A DNA stretch of 64,000 nucleotides. Origin: Deferribacteraceae bacterium UBA6799. Its GTDB lineage: Bacteria; Chrysiogenota; Deferribacteres; Deferribacterales; Geovibrionaceae. Positions 10,553 to 20,363 of the stretch are shown one piece after another (the stretch's first letter is position 1; each line of letters opens with the position of its first letter). The notes under the pieces were generated by a model. That model worked only from the letters and a program-made list of their open reading frames with translations, did not search any database and was not told the DNA's origin. A program made the position numbers and the translations under genes. The stretch covers positions 66,571-130,570 of the forward strand of contig DKFJ01000007.1 of assembly GCA_002452335.1 (NCBI GenBank). The letters are read 5' to 3'.

Positions 10553-11043
10553 TATTTCGGAAGTATCTTTTCCAGCTCAGCTATCTGAGAGATGATAGCC
10601 GGTTCATCCACCCATCCGTTCGCCTTATGCAGAAGGTCTTTTGCCTTCTGATACGCCTCGTGTCTGGCCTCTTCTGTCTCCTCTCTCTCCGCCTGTTCTA
10701 TCAGATTCATGCTCATGTCGAAAATCGACCATATCATATACCTGATCTGACGCGCTTTGTCATATTTCATCGCTATTCTGAAAGAGAAGAACACGATGAC
10801 CAGATAGATGGCCCACAGATACCATTTGAAAGGCTGATACAGCAGATAGACGGTGCCTATCATTATCACAGACATAGCGATGGCCATACCAAGCCCCGGT
10901 ACTCCCACATAAAAAACAGGTTCGCCGGGCGCTCCAATCTTCTGATTGTGACGTATGCTTCTGAACGCTTTCTGGTTCTCAAATTTTTTCTTATAAACAT
11001 CATACAGTTGTTTAAACTCTTCACTTATACGGACGTTTTGCAT
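10552..11043 (-). CDS. hypothetical small membrane protein
   Basis: 163-aa ORF with two hydrophobic helices and a C-terminal charged helix. No family recognised. Confidence 0.5.
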   Translation of the reverse strand: MQNVRISEEFKQLYDVYKKKFENQKAFRSIRHNQKIGAPGEPVFYVGVPGLGMAIAMSVIMIGTVYLLYQPFKWYLWAIYLVIVFFSFRIAMKYDKARQIRYMIWSIFDMSMNLIEQAEREETEEARHEAYQKAKDLLHKANGWVDEPAIISQIAELEKILPK

Positions 11044-11190
11044 CTTAAATATCCTTTTTACATTAATAAGTTTAAAATTTACATCATCTATAATTTTAAT
11101 ACAAGTTTTTTAAAATAAAGTGACAATTTAGTTAACTTAGTATATACTTATGACGATATCTTATTATATAAATTCTGTACGGGGAACTCA

Positions 11191-13192
11191 ATGAGTATTA
11201 AATTCAAGCTAATTCTTTCGTATCTTTTAGTTTCAGCATTTATTGTCGTTCTGTCAATGTCTTTCCTCTTTTCCAGCAGCAAGGTCAACGGTTTCATAAA
11301 CACAAATCTCAACGTGATATTAACCGATAAAGAGGCGTCCGGAACAATTAACAACGAGTTTAAAAACGTTGTAATTCACCTGAAAAGCGCTATAAGCGCC
11401 AGCACCACCAAAGAGATTGATTCTCTGGAACAGTTAAATAACGAAAGTTTCTCAAAAATAGACGAAGCACTCGACAACATAAAAAGCGCTGATGATATCC
11501 GTAACATGAGCGATGATATGAAGTCAAAGGCTGACACTTTTCTGAAGACCAAGAAAGAATATATAAAAGTGCATGATGATCTCATGCTTCAGTATGACGA
11601 TCTTGACTCTATGTTCAGAAAGCAGAAAGGCTACATCTTTGTCAGCCAGAACACGCTGAACAAACAGGCTGGGAGATATGCTCAGGAGCTTAACTATCTT
11701 GACAGGCTGATGGAGCTTCCTCTGGAGATAAAGGTTTACCTGTCTGAGGTTATCGGGGCGAAAGAAGAGATAGACACGGAAGAAGGCGTTTACTCTATCC
11801 TCTCTTTCACAAAGATACTCAAAGACAAAACTAACGTTTTTCTCACCGGAGGCAATTACAAAGGAGAGAACGTCAGACGCATTGACAATGAAGAGGTTCG
11901 CTCCAGAATGCAGCTTCTCTTAAAAACCACAAACGATATGGAAGCAGCCGCTAAACAGTTTCAGGAGACACAGATCAAGGTGATTAACCTTGAGAACAGT
12001 CTTTTTGTCCAGATAGCCGATCTGGAAAAACATGTTAATTCCACCGAACAGATACTGAACAACATGGAATCCACTGCAAAAACACAGATGGACAGCGGTA
12101 TCACAGAGGTTCGCAATATATCCAGCAGAGTAACCAGCACAACGTTCATAATGCTCGCCGTGATACTGGTTCTGGCTGTAATAGTCGGTCTCTTCTCCGC
12201 CACCAAGATCACAACGCCTCTGGTAAACATAATGACAGTGGCAGAGTGTATCAAACACGGAGACCTGACATGCGGGGAGATCAAAAAAACATCATCTGAC
12301 GAGTTCGGACACCTGACAGACTCTATCAACAATATGAAGAAGAGTCTCTATGAGCTGGTGCACAACATCAAGAACGGAACAGACTATCTCAGCGGAACCA
12401 GCGACCAGATGGTCACTCTAATGACACAGATGAACGAAAACCTGAACAACACCACACTGGAAATGACAGCGGTTGCCTCCGCGGCAGAAGAGCTTTCATC
12501 ATCCACATCCAACATCATAGAGAGCGTGCAGGCAGGTATCACAGAAGTTCAGAACGCTAAGAACAAAGTGAACGAAGGCAACAGCAAGCTCCAGCAGTCC
12601 ATTGCCCAGGTCAACAAGGTCGCGTCCAGTCTGGCCGGTGTTTCTGATAACCTGGAAGAGCTGAAAACAGCCAGTCAGGCGATCACAAACATCATCAGCA
12701 TAATCGTGGACATAGCCGAACAGACTAACCTGCTGGCGCTGAACGCGGCGATAGAAGCTGCCAGAGCGGGCGAAGCAGGCAGAGGATTCGCTGTGGTTGC
12801 TGACGAAGTGCGCAAGCTGGCGGAAAAGACCAGCACCTCCACACAGGAAATATCCTCAATGGTCAGCTCTATACAAAACAACGTAATTGGTGTGGTGGAC
12901 ATCATCCATCAGGGAATAGAGGAAGTTGAGCACAGCTCAGAATCCATCAACGCTGTCGGGGACAACTTCAAAGAAGTCGTTAACCAGATGCAGACCGCCG
13001 CAAACACTGTTGAGCCTATCCTCGTGATAATCGAACAGCAGTCTGAAGCTATCACCAATATTACAGCGACCGTGACAAACGTAAGTATTGCTTCCCAATA
13101 AGGTTATAGTAGATGAAGTAAGCAGTTTCTCCGACAAGATCGGCGATCTTGCTCACCAGCTTAAGGATAATACATCACAATTCAAGGTGTAG
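11191..13192 (+). pseudogene. methyl-accepting chemotaxis protein with an apparent +1 frameshift near the C-terminus
   Basis: HAMP and MCP signalling domain ([34 protein letters not shown]). Frame 0 stops at 13099-13101 (...NVSIASQ*). The +1 frame continues [31 protein letters not shown] to 13192, which is the canonical MCP tail. Confidence 0.7.
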
Positions 13193-13195
13193 GAT

Positions 13196-13978
13196 TTGAA
13201 CGACAAAATCTTAGAACTAAAATCAGTCAATAAACAATACAGAGCCTTTGAAGGATTCTTCAAAGGCTCTTCTGTTACCATCAACGCTGTGGACAATATT
13301 TCTCTGTCCATACAGAAAGGCAGGTCTCTGGGTATAGTTGGAGAATCAGGCAGTGGAAAAACAACACTGGCAAAACTGATAACAGACATCACCCGTCCTG
13401 ACAGCGGCAGTGTCCTCTATAAAGGAAAAGATATAAGACAGGCAGACAAAACAGAGTATCCCGCATACCGCAGGAACGTGCAGATGGTCTTTCAGGATCC
13501 GTATCTCAGCCTGAACCCTAAGCTGACTATTTTCTCCGCCATGAAAGACGGCATAGAAAAATATTACGGCAAAAAGGGACTGAGAGAAAAATGCGCAAAA
13601 TATCTGAACATGGTGGGGCTGGATGAAGAATATCTGGACAGATATCCTCACGAGTTCTCCGGCGGTCAGAGACAGAGGCTGTCCATAGCCAGGGCTCTTT
13701 CACTGGATCCGGAGATAATAGTAGCGGACGAGCCAGTCAGCTCTCTGGACGTATCCGTTCAGGCGCAGATACTGAACCTGATGAAAAAATTAAAACTTGA
13801 AAACGGGCTTACATTTATTCTAATATCTCATGACCTGTCTGTGGTCTCGTTTCTGTGCGATGACGTTCTGGTGATGAACAAAGGACAGATGGTGGAATAC
13901 GGCAGTGTGGAAGACGTTCTGAACAATCCGCGGCAGGAATATACCAAAAATCTTCTGACCGCCAGCAAAGGTGAATAA
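13196..13978 (+). CDS. ABC transporter ATP-binding protein (oligopeptide/dipeptide OppF/DppF-type), orphan
   Basis: Walker A GESGSGKTT, signature LSGGQRQR, Walker B IIVADEP. Uses a TTG start. No permease or binding protein is adjacent. Confidence 0.8.
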   Translation: MNDKILELKSVNKQYRAFEGFFKGSSVTINAVDNISLSIQKGRSLGIVGESGSGKTTLAKLITDITRPDSGSVLYKGKDIRQADKTEYPAYRRNVQMVFQDPYLSLNPKLTIFSAMKDGIEKYYGKKGLREKCAKYLNMVGLDEEYLDRYPHEFSGGQRQRLSIARALSLDPEIIVADEPVSSLDVSVQAQILNLMKKLKLENGLTFILISHDLSVVSFLCDDVLVMNKGQMVEYGSVEDVLNNPRQEYTKNLLTASKGE

Positions 13979-15417
13979 TGTTACAGGTTTATAATACACT
14001 CACAGCGAAAAAAGAAGAATTCAAACCGCTTACAGAAGGTAAAGTAAAGATGTATGTATGCGGAGTCACCGTTTATGACTTCTGCCACATAGGACACGCC
14101 AGAAGCTCCACTGTTTTTGACGTGATCCGCAGATATTTTCTTTATAAGGGCTATGAAGTCACCTTTGTGAAGAACTTTACCGATATAGACGACAAGATCA
14201 TCAAAAGAAGCAACGAGAACAACATCTTCTGGAAAGACCTTACAAAGCAGTTCATAGACGAGCACGACGCCGACATGGACGCCCTGAATATACTGCGCCC
14301 CGACCACACACCGAAGGCGACCGACTATATCCCCAACATGATAAAGATGTGTGAAACGCTTATGGAAAAAGGATTCGCCTATGAGTCAAACGGCGATATC
14401 TATTATCGTGTGCAGAAATTCGATGACTACGGCAAGCTCTCCAACCGCAAGCTGGAAGATATGATGGCGGGCGCCCGTATAGAAGTGAACGACAACAAGG
14501 AGAACCCTTTCGACTTCGTTCTGTGGAAAGCCAGCAAACCGGGAGAACCCAGCTGGGACAGCCCATGGGGCAAGGGACGCCCCGGATGGCATATCGAATG
14601 CAGCGTCATGAGCGAAGATATACTCGGGCTGCCCTTTGACATACACGGCGGCGGGCGTGACCTTATCTTTCCCCACCACGAGAACGAGATAGCCCAGTCT
14701 GAGGCGGCATGCGGATGCGAATTCTCCAGATACTGGATACATAACGGGTTCGTGAACGTTAATCAGGAAAAGATGTCCAAATCTCTCGGCAATTTTTTCA
14801 CCATCCGCACCGTGCTGGATGAGTTCAACGCCGAGATAGTCAGATATTTCCTGCTGACCACACACTACAGAAGCTCACTTGATTTCTCACAGGATCACCT
14901 GCTGGAGGCTGAGAAGTCTCTGGACAGAATATATACCATGCTGGATGAAATAAACAGGTTCAACGCCGGCAAGAAAGGCACAGACGTATCCGCTGAGGCT
15001 GAAAACACTGCGAAAGTTTTCATGGAAAAATTCGTGTCCGCCATGGATGATGATTTCAATACGCCTGAGGTTCTGGCGGCTCTTTTCGAGGCAGTGCGTG
15101 AATTCAACAGGCTTCTGGCGGCAAAACCTGAGAAAAACAGCTTCGAGACCCTGAAAGAATCATGCACAAAAGTTTTTAAAACAGTTGCGGACGTTCTAGG
15201 CATCATAACATACACTCCCCAGCAGTGGTTCAGACTGAACCTGTCCATCCCTGAAGATGAGCTGAAAACAGCCATAGATCAAAGAGCGCAGGCGAAGAAA
15301 GATAAAGACTTCGCCAAAGCGGACGAGATCAGAAACGGTCTGAAAGACAAGGGAATCGAGCTGCTCGATACTATCGAAGGAACGATCTACCGGGCGAAAA
15401 AAATAAGAAACCTATAG
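13978..15417 (+). CDS. cysS: cysteinyl-tRNA synthetase
   Basis: CGVTVYDFCHIGHARS (HIGH) and KMSKSLGN, in a 479-aa protein. Confidence 0.95.
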   Translation: MLQVYNTLTAKKEEFKPLTEGKVKMYVCGVTVYDFCHIGHARSSTVFDVIRRYFLYKGYEVTFVKNFTDIDDKIIKRSNENNIFWKDLTKQFIDEHDADMDALNILRPDHTPKATDYIPNMIKMCETLMEKGFAYESNGDIYYRVQKFDDYGKLSNRKLEDMMAGARIEVNDNKENPFDFVLWKASKPGEPSWDSPWGKGRPGWHIECSVMSEDILGLPFDIHGGGRDLIFPHHENEIAQSEAACGCEFSRYWIHNGFVNVNQEKMSKSLGNFFTIRTVLDEFNAEIVRYFLLTTHYRSSLDFSQDHLLEAEKSLDRIYTMLDEINRFNAGKKGTDVSAEAENTAKVFMEKFVSAMDDDFNTPEVLAALFEAVREFNRLLAAKPEKNSFETLKESCTKVFKTVADVLGIITYTPQQWFRLNLSIPEDELKTAIDQRAQAKKDKDFAKADEIRNGLKDKGIELLDTIEGTIYRAKKIRNL

Positions 15418-15422
15418 AACAC

Positions 15423-15452
15423 TGCCCCGCTTAGTGCGGGGCTTTTTTTTTG
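15423..15452 (+). terminator. rho-independent terminator after cysS
   Basis: ccccgc-ttagt-gcgggg followed by nine T residues. Confidence 0.75.
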
Positions 15453-15521
15453 TCGATTTACGTTAAGTTTTCGTTTGATTATCCGAATTGTGTAATACTT
15501 ATTATTATTGAGGGTATTACA

Positions 15522-17075
15522 ATGCAAATCTCCAACCTGAACGCTTCCAACATTGTCTTAAATTCCTCTACGACAACTTTTGCGGTCAAACTTGCTGACT
15601 CAGGTAGTTCTGGTGATACTTTTTCATCCGGAAACAATTCTGTTTCATTGTCATATAATATGTTCGGCAGACAGCAGAACAATATTTTCAGCACAATGGC
15701 GCAGGATAATGAATTCATGTCCGACCTCAGAAAGGTGTTCAGCACAGTGGAAGATAACCTTCTCAGCCAGGAGAGCGATAACGACAGAATCAGCGTTTAT
15801 TACTCAGATGACGCCACCATCTCATCCGGAGAGGGCGATGACAGAATAAGCGCCTACTACTCTGACAATGTAAACATCGATTCCGGCTCAGGAGACGATA
15901 ATATTGACACATATCACTCTGAAAACGCCAATATAAACTCAGGTTCAGGGGATGATGACATCAGTGTCTATTACTCTAAAAATGCCAATATCAATTCAGG
16001 TTCCGGCAGTGACAGAATAAGCGCCTATTACTCTGCCAATGTAAATATCGCTTCCGGTTCAGGAGACGACAGAATAAGCGTCTATCACTCCAAAGGAGCT
16101 AATATATCCTCCGGTTCCGGTAAAAACGACATAGACGCCTATTACACTGAGAATACATCAATCACCACGGACGGAGACGACAGCAGAGTCAGTGTCTATC
16201 ACTCTAAAAACACCTCTACAGCAACCGGTGCCGGTGATGACATGCACTCAATGTACTACTCAGATGCTAATCAAACAGATCTGGGAGACGGAGATAACAG
16301 CGCCAGCATATACAACACATCAAACTCAGGCCTGACAACAGGAAGCGGCGATGATAGTCTGTCAGTCTACTATTCTGATAATGTTACGGCAGATATGGGC
16401 GGCGGAGACAACAGAGGCAGTGTGCATTACTCAGACAATACGACTGTGAAAACCGGTAACGGAAACGATAACTTCTCTGTTTATGACTCTGACTCTATAA
16501 CAATGGAATTATCAGGCGGAAACAACAGGATAGACATTAATTCATCTGATAACGTATCCGTATCCACAGGCGACGGAAAAGACAACATCACAATCACAGA
16601 CACTTCCGGAGCAAACATATCAACCGGAGCCGGAGACGACAGGATACAGATGAACAATTTCGCTGGAACAGCAGTCATAGACGGCGGAGACGGCAACGAT
16701 ACTATCGTTGGCAGAGGCGAAATAGTCGGAGGAGCCGGAGATGACAACATCTCAGGATCCGGAGTCCTGACTGGCGGTACAGGCAACGACTACATCACTC
16801 TGGTGAATAAAATGGGAACACCTGATGACGTCTCAGGATCAACTGTGAACTACAGCAGAGGCGACGGAAATGATATTATCAGCGTGGACGCTGAAAACTC
16901 CACTCTTAACATGAACGATATCTCTCAGGATGAAGTCGATATATCTGAGACCTTCAACAGAGTGGGAGAAAAAGTTACTACCATATCCATGAAGGACGGC
17001 AGCGGAAGCGTCACCGTGTCCGGACCGCAAAGACTTTCATCAATAACCTTCTCTGATTCATCAATTATTTTCTGA
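15522..17075 (+). CDS. tandem-repeat calcium-binding (RTX-like beta-roll) protein, putative secreted or adhesin
   Basis: About 16 tandem 20-aa repeats (consensus SGSGDDRISxYYSxNxNIxS), followed by canonical GGxGxDxUx nonapeptides (GGDGNDTIVG, GGAGDDNISG, GGTGNDYITL). There is no N-terminal signal peptide. Start chosen at MQISNL. Confidence 0.7.
   Translation: MQISNLNASNIVLNSSTTTFAVKLADSGSSGDTFSSGNNSVSLSYNMFGRQQNNIFSTMAQDNEFMSDLRKVFSTVEDNLLSQESDNDRISVYYSDDATISSGEGDDRISAYYSDNVNIDSGSGDDNIDTYHSENANINSGSGDDDISVYYSKNANINSGSGSDRISAYYSANVNIASGSGDDRISVYHSKGANISSGSGKNDIDAYYTENTSITTDGDDSRVSVYHSKNTSTATGAGDDMHSMYYSDANQTDLGDGDNSASIYNTSNSGLTTGSGDDSLSVYYSDNVTADMGGGDNRGSVHYSDNTTVKTGNGNDNFSVYDSDSITMELSGGNNRIDINSSDNVSVSTGDGKDNITITDTSGANISTGAGDDRIQMNNFAGTAVIDGGDGNDTIVGRGEIVGGAGDDNISGSGVLTGGTGNDYITLVNKMGTPDDVSGSTVNYSRGDGNDIISVDAENSTLNMNDISQDEVDISETFNRVGEKVTTISMKDGSGSVTVSGPQRLSSITFSDSSIIF
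15774..16810 (+). repeat. array of about 16 diverged 60-bp coding tandem repeats
   Basis: Units such as tattactc(t/a)ga(c/t)aatg(t/c)aaa(c/t)atc.attc(c/a)gg.tcaggagacgacagaataagcg(c/t)c recur every 60 bp. Confidence 0.8.
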
Positions 17076-17099
17076 TATTACAATCAAACAGTATAAATG

Positions 17100-17130
17100 G
17101 AAAAGGCAGGCTGAAAAGCCTGCCTTTACA
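17100..17130. terminator. bidirectional terminator between the convergent RTX-like and HD-GYP genes
   Basis: aaaaggcaggc-tgaaaa-gcctgccttt. Confidence 0.6.
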
Positions 17131-17243
17131 CAATATGTTAGAACCTACAGGGGATATACAAAGAGCCTAAGCTCAAGGAATGTTGTCGTTATAAGTTAAA
17201 GATAACAGATGAAAGAAATAGTTCAATATAATTATCTAAAAAA

Positions 17244-18449
17244 TTATTTAATTTCGTTCATCTTTTCAATATAAGCGTAAACTTTGCTGGGAATTTTTAT
17301 ATCGGCAGGATTCACAGGACCTAAAATCTTTCTTTTATTAATAGCGGATACTGACAGATCAACTATCTGAATGGGCTTCTCGCGTCCCATCTTATCAGAA
17401 AAAATAAGCACAGTGGGGTTAGTTGGCTTGTTATGGTTTATCTTTCCTATAACGCCCAGCTCGTTGGTATCCATCAACACCAGAGACCCGACAGGGTATA
17501 TGCCCACGTTCATCACGAAGAAGTCAAAGACCTTTCTGTTGATATGCGAATCTGTCCACTTGAACATCAGACGGAGCGCCTGTGCCGCCTCCATTCCCTT
17601 GTGATAGCACCTGTCGCTGGTTATGGCGTCATAAATATCCACCACAGCCCCTATTTTGCCCTCTATGGATATTTCCTCATCCTTAAGCCCGTTAGGGTAT
17701 CCGGAGCCGTCATGTCTCTCGTGGTGCTGAAGAGTGAGGTTCAGCATATCTTCCGGAACGCCGTTATCCAGCAGAAAATCATATCCGAGCTGAACATGAT
17801 TCTTCATTATCCGGAACTCCTCCTCGGTCAGCTTGCCGGGTTTATTCAGAATTTCCTGCGGAACCAGCATCTTTCCTACATCATGCAGCAGACCGGCCTT
17901 GGCTATCCTTTCGATGTCCCTGTGACTCATGCCCAGATGCGCCGCCAGACTGGAAGCGAAGATGCCCACATTCATAGAATGCTGAAAAGTGTAGTTGTCA
18001 TAATGTTTCAGCTTGGTAACGCTCGCCAGAACGCCTTTGTTCTTCATGGTTATCTCGGCTATGTTCGAAGCCACAGCCTTCACCGCGCCGTCTTTGAACA
18101 TTGCGCCTGTGCGGATGTCCTCCATAAATGATTTCACGACCTTCACCGATTCGGTATATATAACCTTGGCGTTCTTGACCTCATCCAGATTGATGTAATT
18201 TTTTTTGATCTCTTCTCTGTGGCGGTTAATGACAGATTCAGCATTGCCGCTGTAGAGTTCTTTTATGGATTCTTCTTCTTCGGAATATTCGATATAGACA
18301 TAATCGACATTATTATGCTTGAGTTTATCAATAACGGATTGATCTTTAATGAGAAAATGATGTGAGAAAAAACCAGTATCGAGCCAGTTTTTATCCAGCT
18401 TGACAACTTTATCGCCGATCTTTAAATCAACCACACTGACTTTTTTCAT
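17244..18449 (-). CDS. HD-GYP domain c-di-GMP phosphodiesterase
   Basis: LLHDVGK and HHERHDGSGYPNGL motifs, with an N-terminal accessory domain. Confidence 0.85.
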   Translation of the reverse strand: MKKVSVVDLKIGDKVVKLDKNWLDTGFFSHHFLIKDQSVIDKLKHNNVDYVYIEYSEEEESIKELYSGNAESVINRHREEIKKNYINLDEVKNAKVIYTESVKVVKSFMEDIRTGAMFKDGAVKAVASNIAEITMKNKGVLASVTKLKHYDNYTFQHSMNVGIFASSLAAHLGMSHRDIERIAKAGLLHDVGKMLVPQEILNKPGKLTEEEFRIMKNHVQLGYDFLLDNGVPEDMLNLTLQHHERHDGSGYPNGLKDEEISIEGKIGAVVDIYDAITSDRCYHKGMEAAQALRLMFKWTDSHINRKVFDFFVMNVGIYPVGSLVLMDTNELGVIGKINHNKPTNPTVLIFSDKMGREKPIQIVDLSVSAINKRKILGPVNPADIKIPSKVYAYIEKMNEIK

Positions 18450-18508
18450 TATTTACCCAAATGTATATATGTACAAAATCTACAGCAAACAATGAAAGAT
18501 ATCAAGAT

Positions 18509-19177
18509 TTATGATTGGGACACCCCGTACTGCTTCTTTATAAACTGCCATCCGTTATAAACGTGCTTTTCTACAACTTTTTCTACAAGAGATTCATCTC
18601 CTTTCTCAAATGCCTCAAGGAGCTCGTTATGCTCGTCTCTGACTTCCTGTGTTCTGCCGTCTATGGAGAAAGAATATACAGTCGCCCTTTTGAACTGCTG
18701 CTGCAGTCCTTCCAGCATTTTTATCAGGCGCTCGTTTCCGCATTTATATATGAATATCCTGTGAAAGTCATAGTTCCAGTTTATCATTTGGGAAACAGCT
18801 TTGGATGAGCCGGTGTCCATCTTTTTCACCAGATCTCTCATTTTTTCCAGATCGTGTTTGTCAATATGCGGGACAGCCAGCTTGGATGCCAGAGGTTCCA
18901 GCTTCATCTTTATAACAAAGATATCGTCTATATCTTTATCAGTGAGAGTGGTCACCACAGCGCCTCTTCTGGGGATTATCTCTATGAAGCCTTCCATCTC
19001 CAGAAGCCTCAGCGCCTCGCGTATTGGTGTTCTGGATATACCCAGCATCTCTGAGAGCTTCGGTTCCACAAGCCTCTCTCCGGGTTTTATTATACCTTTG
19101 ATTATGTTATTTCTGATAGTAAGAGCGATCTTTTCACTCAGCGGCGTATTGTCAATATTAATGTCTTTGGCGCCCAC
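18509..19177 (-). CDS. GntR family transcriptional regulator (FadR/FCD subfamily)
   Basis: Helix-turn-helix segment ISRTPIREALRLLEMEGFIEI and an FCD C-terminal domain. Confidence 0.85.
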   Translation of the reverse strand: MGAKDINIDNTPLSEKIALTIRNNIIKGIIKPGERLVEPKLSEMLGISRTPIREALRLLEMEGFIEIIPRRGAVVTTLTDKDIDDIFVIKMKLEPLASKLAVPHIDKHDLEKMRDLVKKMDTGSSKAVSQMINWNYDFHRIFIYKCGNERLIKMLEGLQQQFKRATVYSFSIDGRTQEVRDEHNELLEAFEKGDESLVEKVVEKHVYNGWQFIKKQYGVSQS

Positions 19178-19195
19178 AACGTCCTCTTTTTAAAG

Positions 19196-19864
19196 CTAAC
19201 TGCTTTTAATTTGTTCTTTAAGATATTCCCAGCTGCTAATTATATGGTCTCTGACAGTACGTTCTGCGAGATCCGGGTCTTTTGATATGAAAGCGTCTAT
19301 TATCTTCTTATGCTCTTTCACGGCGTTCTGCGCGCGCCCGGTATCAGAGACCAGCATGCTTTTCAGCCTTTGAAAGTTTTTGGACAGTCCGTCCAGAATA
19401 TCCACCAGCTTCACATTGCCTGAGGCTGCTATGAAAATATTATGAAAGTCTATGTTATCTTTCAGATATTCATCTGATACATCGGGGTTTTTCTCCGCAT
19501 AATCTTTGAACTTGCGGTTGATGCCGATGAGTATTTCGAGCTGTTCTTCACTGAGGTTGATGGTTGCCTGTCTGGCGGCCAGCCCTTCCAGATTCGCCTT
19601 AATAGCGTACAGGTCATCTATATCTTTAATGGTCAGCTCCTTCACCACGGCGCCTCTTCTGGGGACTATCTCTATGAAGCCCTCCCCCTCTAGCTGGCGC
19701 AGCGCCTCCCTGATGGGAGTTCTGGAGATACCGAGATTTTTAGCGAGCTTTGGCTCAACAAGCCTTTCGCCATTGCGGAAGACGCCTTTGATTATGTCTG
19801 TTCTGATCTTATCGGCTATCTTCTCTCTTAAAGGTTTGCTCTCAATAAATACTTCCTGATTCAA
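19196..19864 (-). CDS. GntR family transcriptional regulator (FadR/FCD subfamily), tandem paralog
   Basis: ISRTPIREALRQLEGEGFIEIVPRRGAVV. It has the same length and architecture as its neighbour. Confidence 0.85.
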   Translation of the reverse strand: MNQEVFIESKPLREKIADKIRTDIIKGVFRNGERLVEPKLAKNLGISRTPIREALRQLEGEGFIEIVPRRGAVVKELTIKDIDDLYAIKANLEGLAARQATINLSEEQLEILIGINRKFKDYAEKNPDVSDEYLKDNIDFHNIFIAASGNVKLVDILDGLSKNFQRLKSMLVSDTGRAQNAVKEHKKIIDAFISKDPDLAERTVRDHIISSWEYLKEQIKSS

Positions 19865-19911
19865 TCACTAAACCCCTTAAACATACATATAAATAACTGA
19901 ACATACAGTAC

Positions 19912-19923
19912 ACAGTATACTGT
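19912..19923. promoter_or_regulatory. candidate GntR-family operator palindrome
   Basis: ACAGTATACTGT is a perfect 12-bp palindrome that fits the GntR consensus NyGT-Nx-ACrN. Flanking half-site-like copies are acatacagta and atacagtcacag. It lies 48 bp upstream of the first GntR gene of the pair. Confidence 0.4.
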
Positions 19924-20021
19924 ATACAGTCACAGAAAATATAACCGTTTTTTTATTGGCAGTCAATCAGTATAATACTAATATTAAAATTGATTTGGAT
20001 AAAAAATATCAGATAGAAAAA

Positions 20022-20359
20022 AAGAAGACCTATAAGCCGGATTCTGTTATAGACGGTCATTTGTCTAGGCTCACAGTTGCCTGTGAGCTCGAGCTGCCTA
20101 CCCGCGGACAAAGAACGGGCCGTTCTGTACTGTCCGCCTATTTGGCATTGCACCGGATGGGGTTTGCCGTGCCGTTCACGTTGCCGTGAACGCGGTGGTC
20201 TCTTACACCGCCGTTTCACCCTTACCGGACCAGGTCCGGCGGTCTGTTCTCTGTGGCACTGTCCCTGTCTTGCGACAGGCCGACGTTATCGGTCACCCTG
20301 CCCTATGGTGTCCGGACTTTCCTCCCGTGCCTGAGCACCGGCGACCGTCCGGTCTTCTT
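20022..20359 (-). ncRNA. rnpB: RNase P RNA (bacterial type A)
   Basis: The minus-strand transcript contains GGGAGGAAAGTCCGGACACCATAGGGCAGGGTG (P4 region), GGTAAGGGTGAAACGGCGGTGTAAGAGACCACCG and ACAGAATCCGGCTTATAG. P1 is closed by aagaagacc / ggtcttctt. The region is GC-rich in an AT-rich background. Confidence 0.9.
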
Positions 20360-20363
20360 AGCT

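Noticed and set aside
15774-16810. Possible CRISPR array or minisatellite
   Set aside because: The 60-bp periodic repeats are diverged, contiguous (no spacers) and in-frame within a single ORF. They encode the protein repeat rather than a CRISPR locus.
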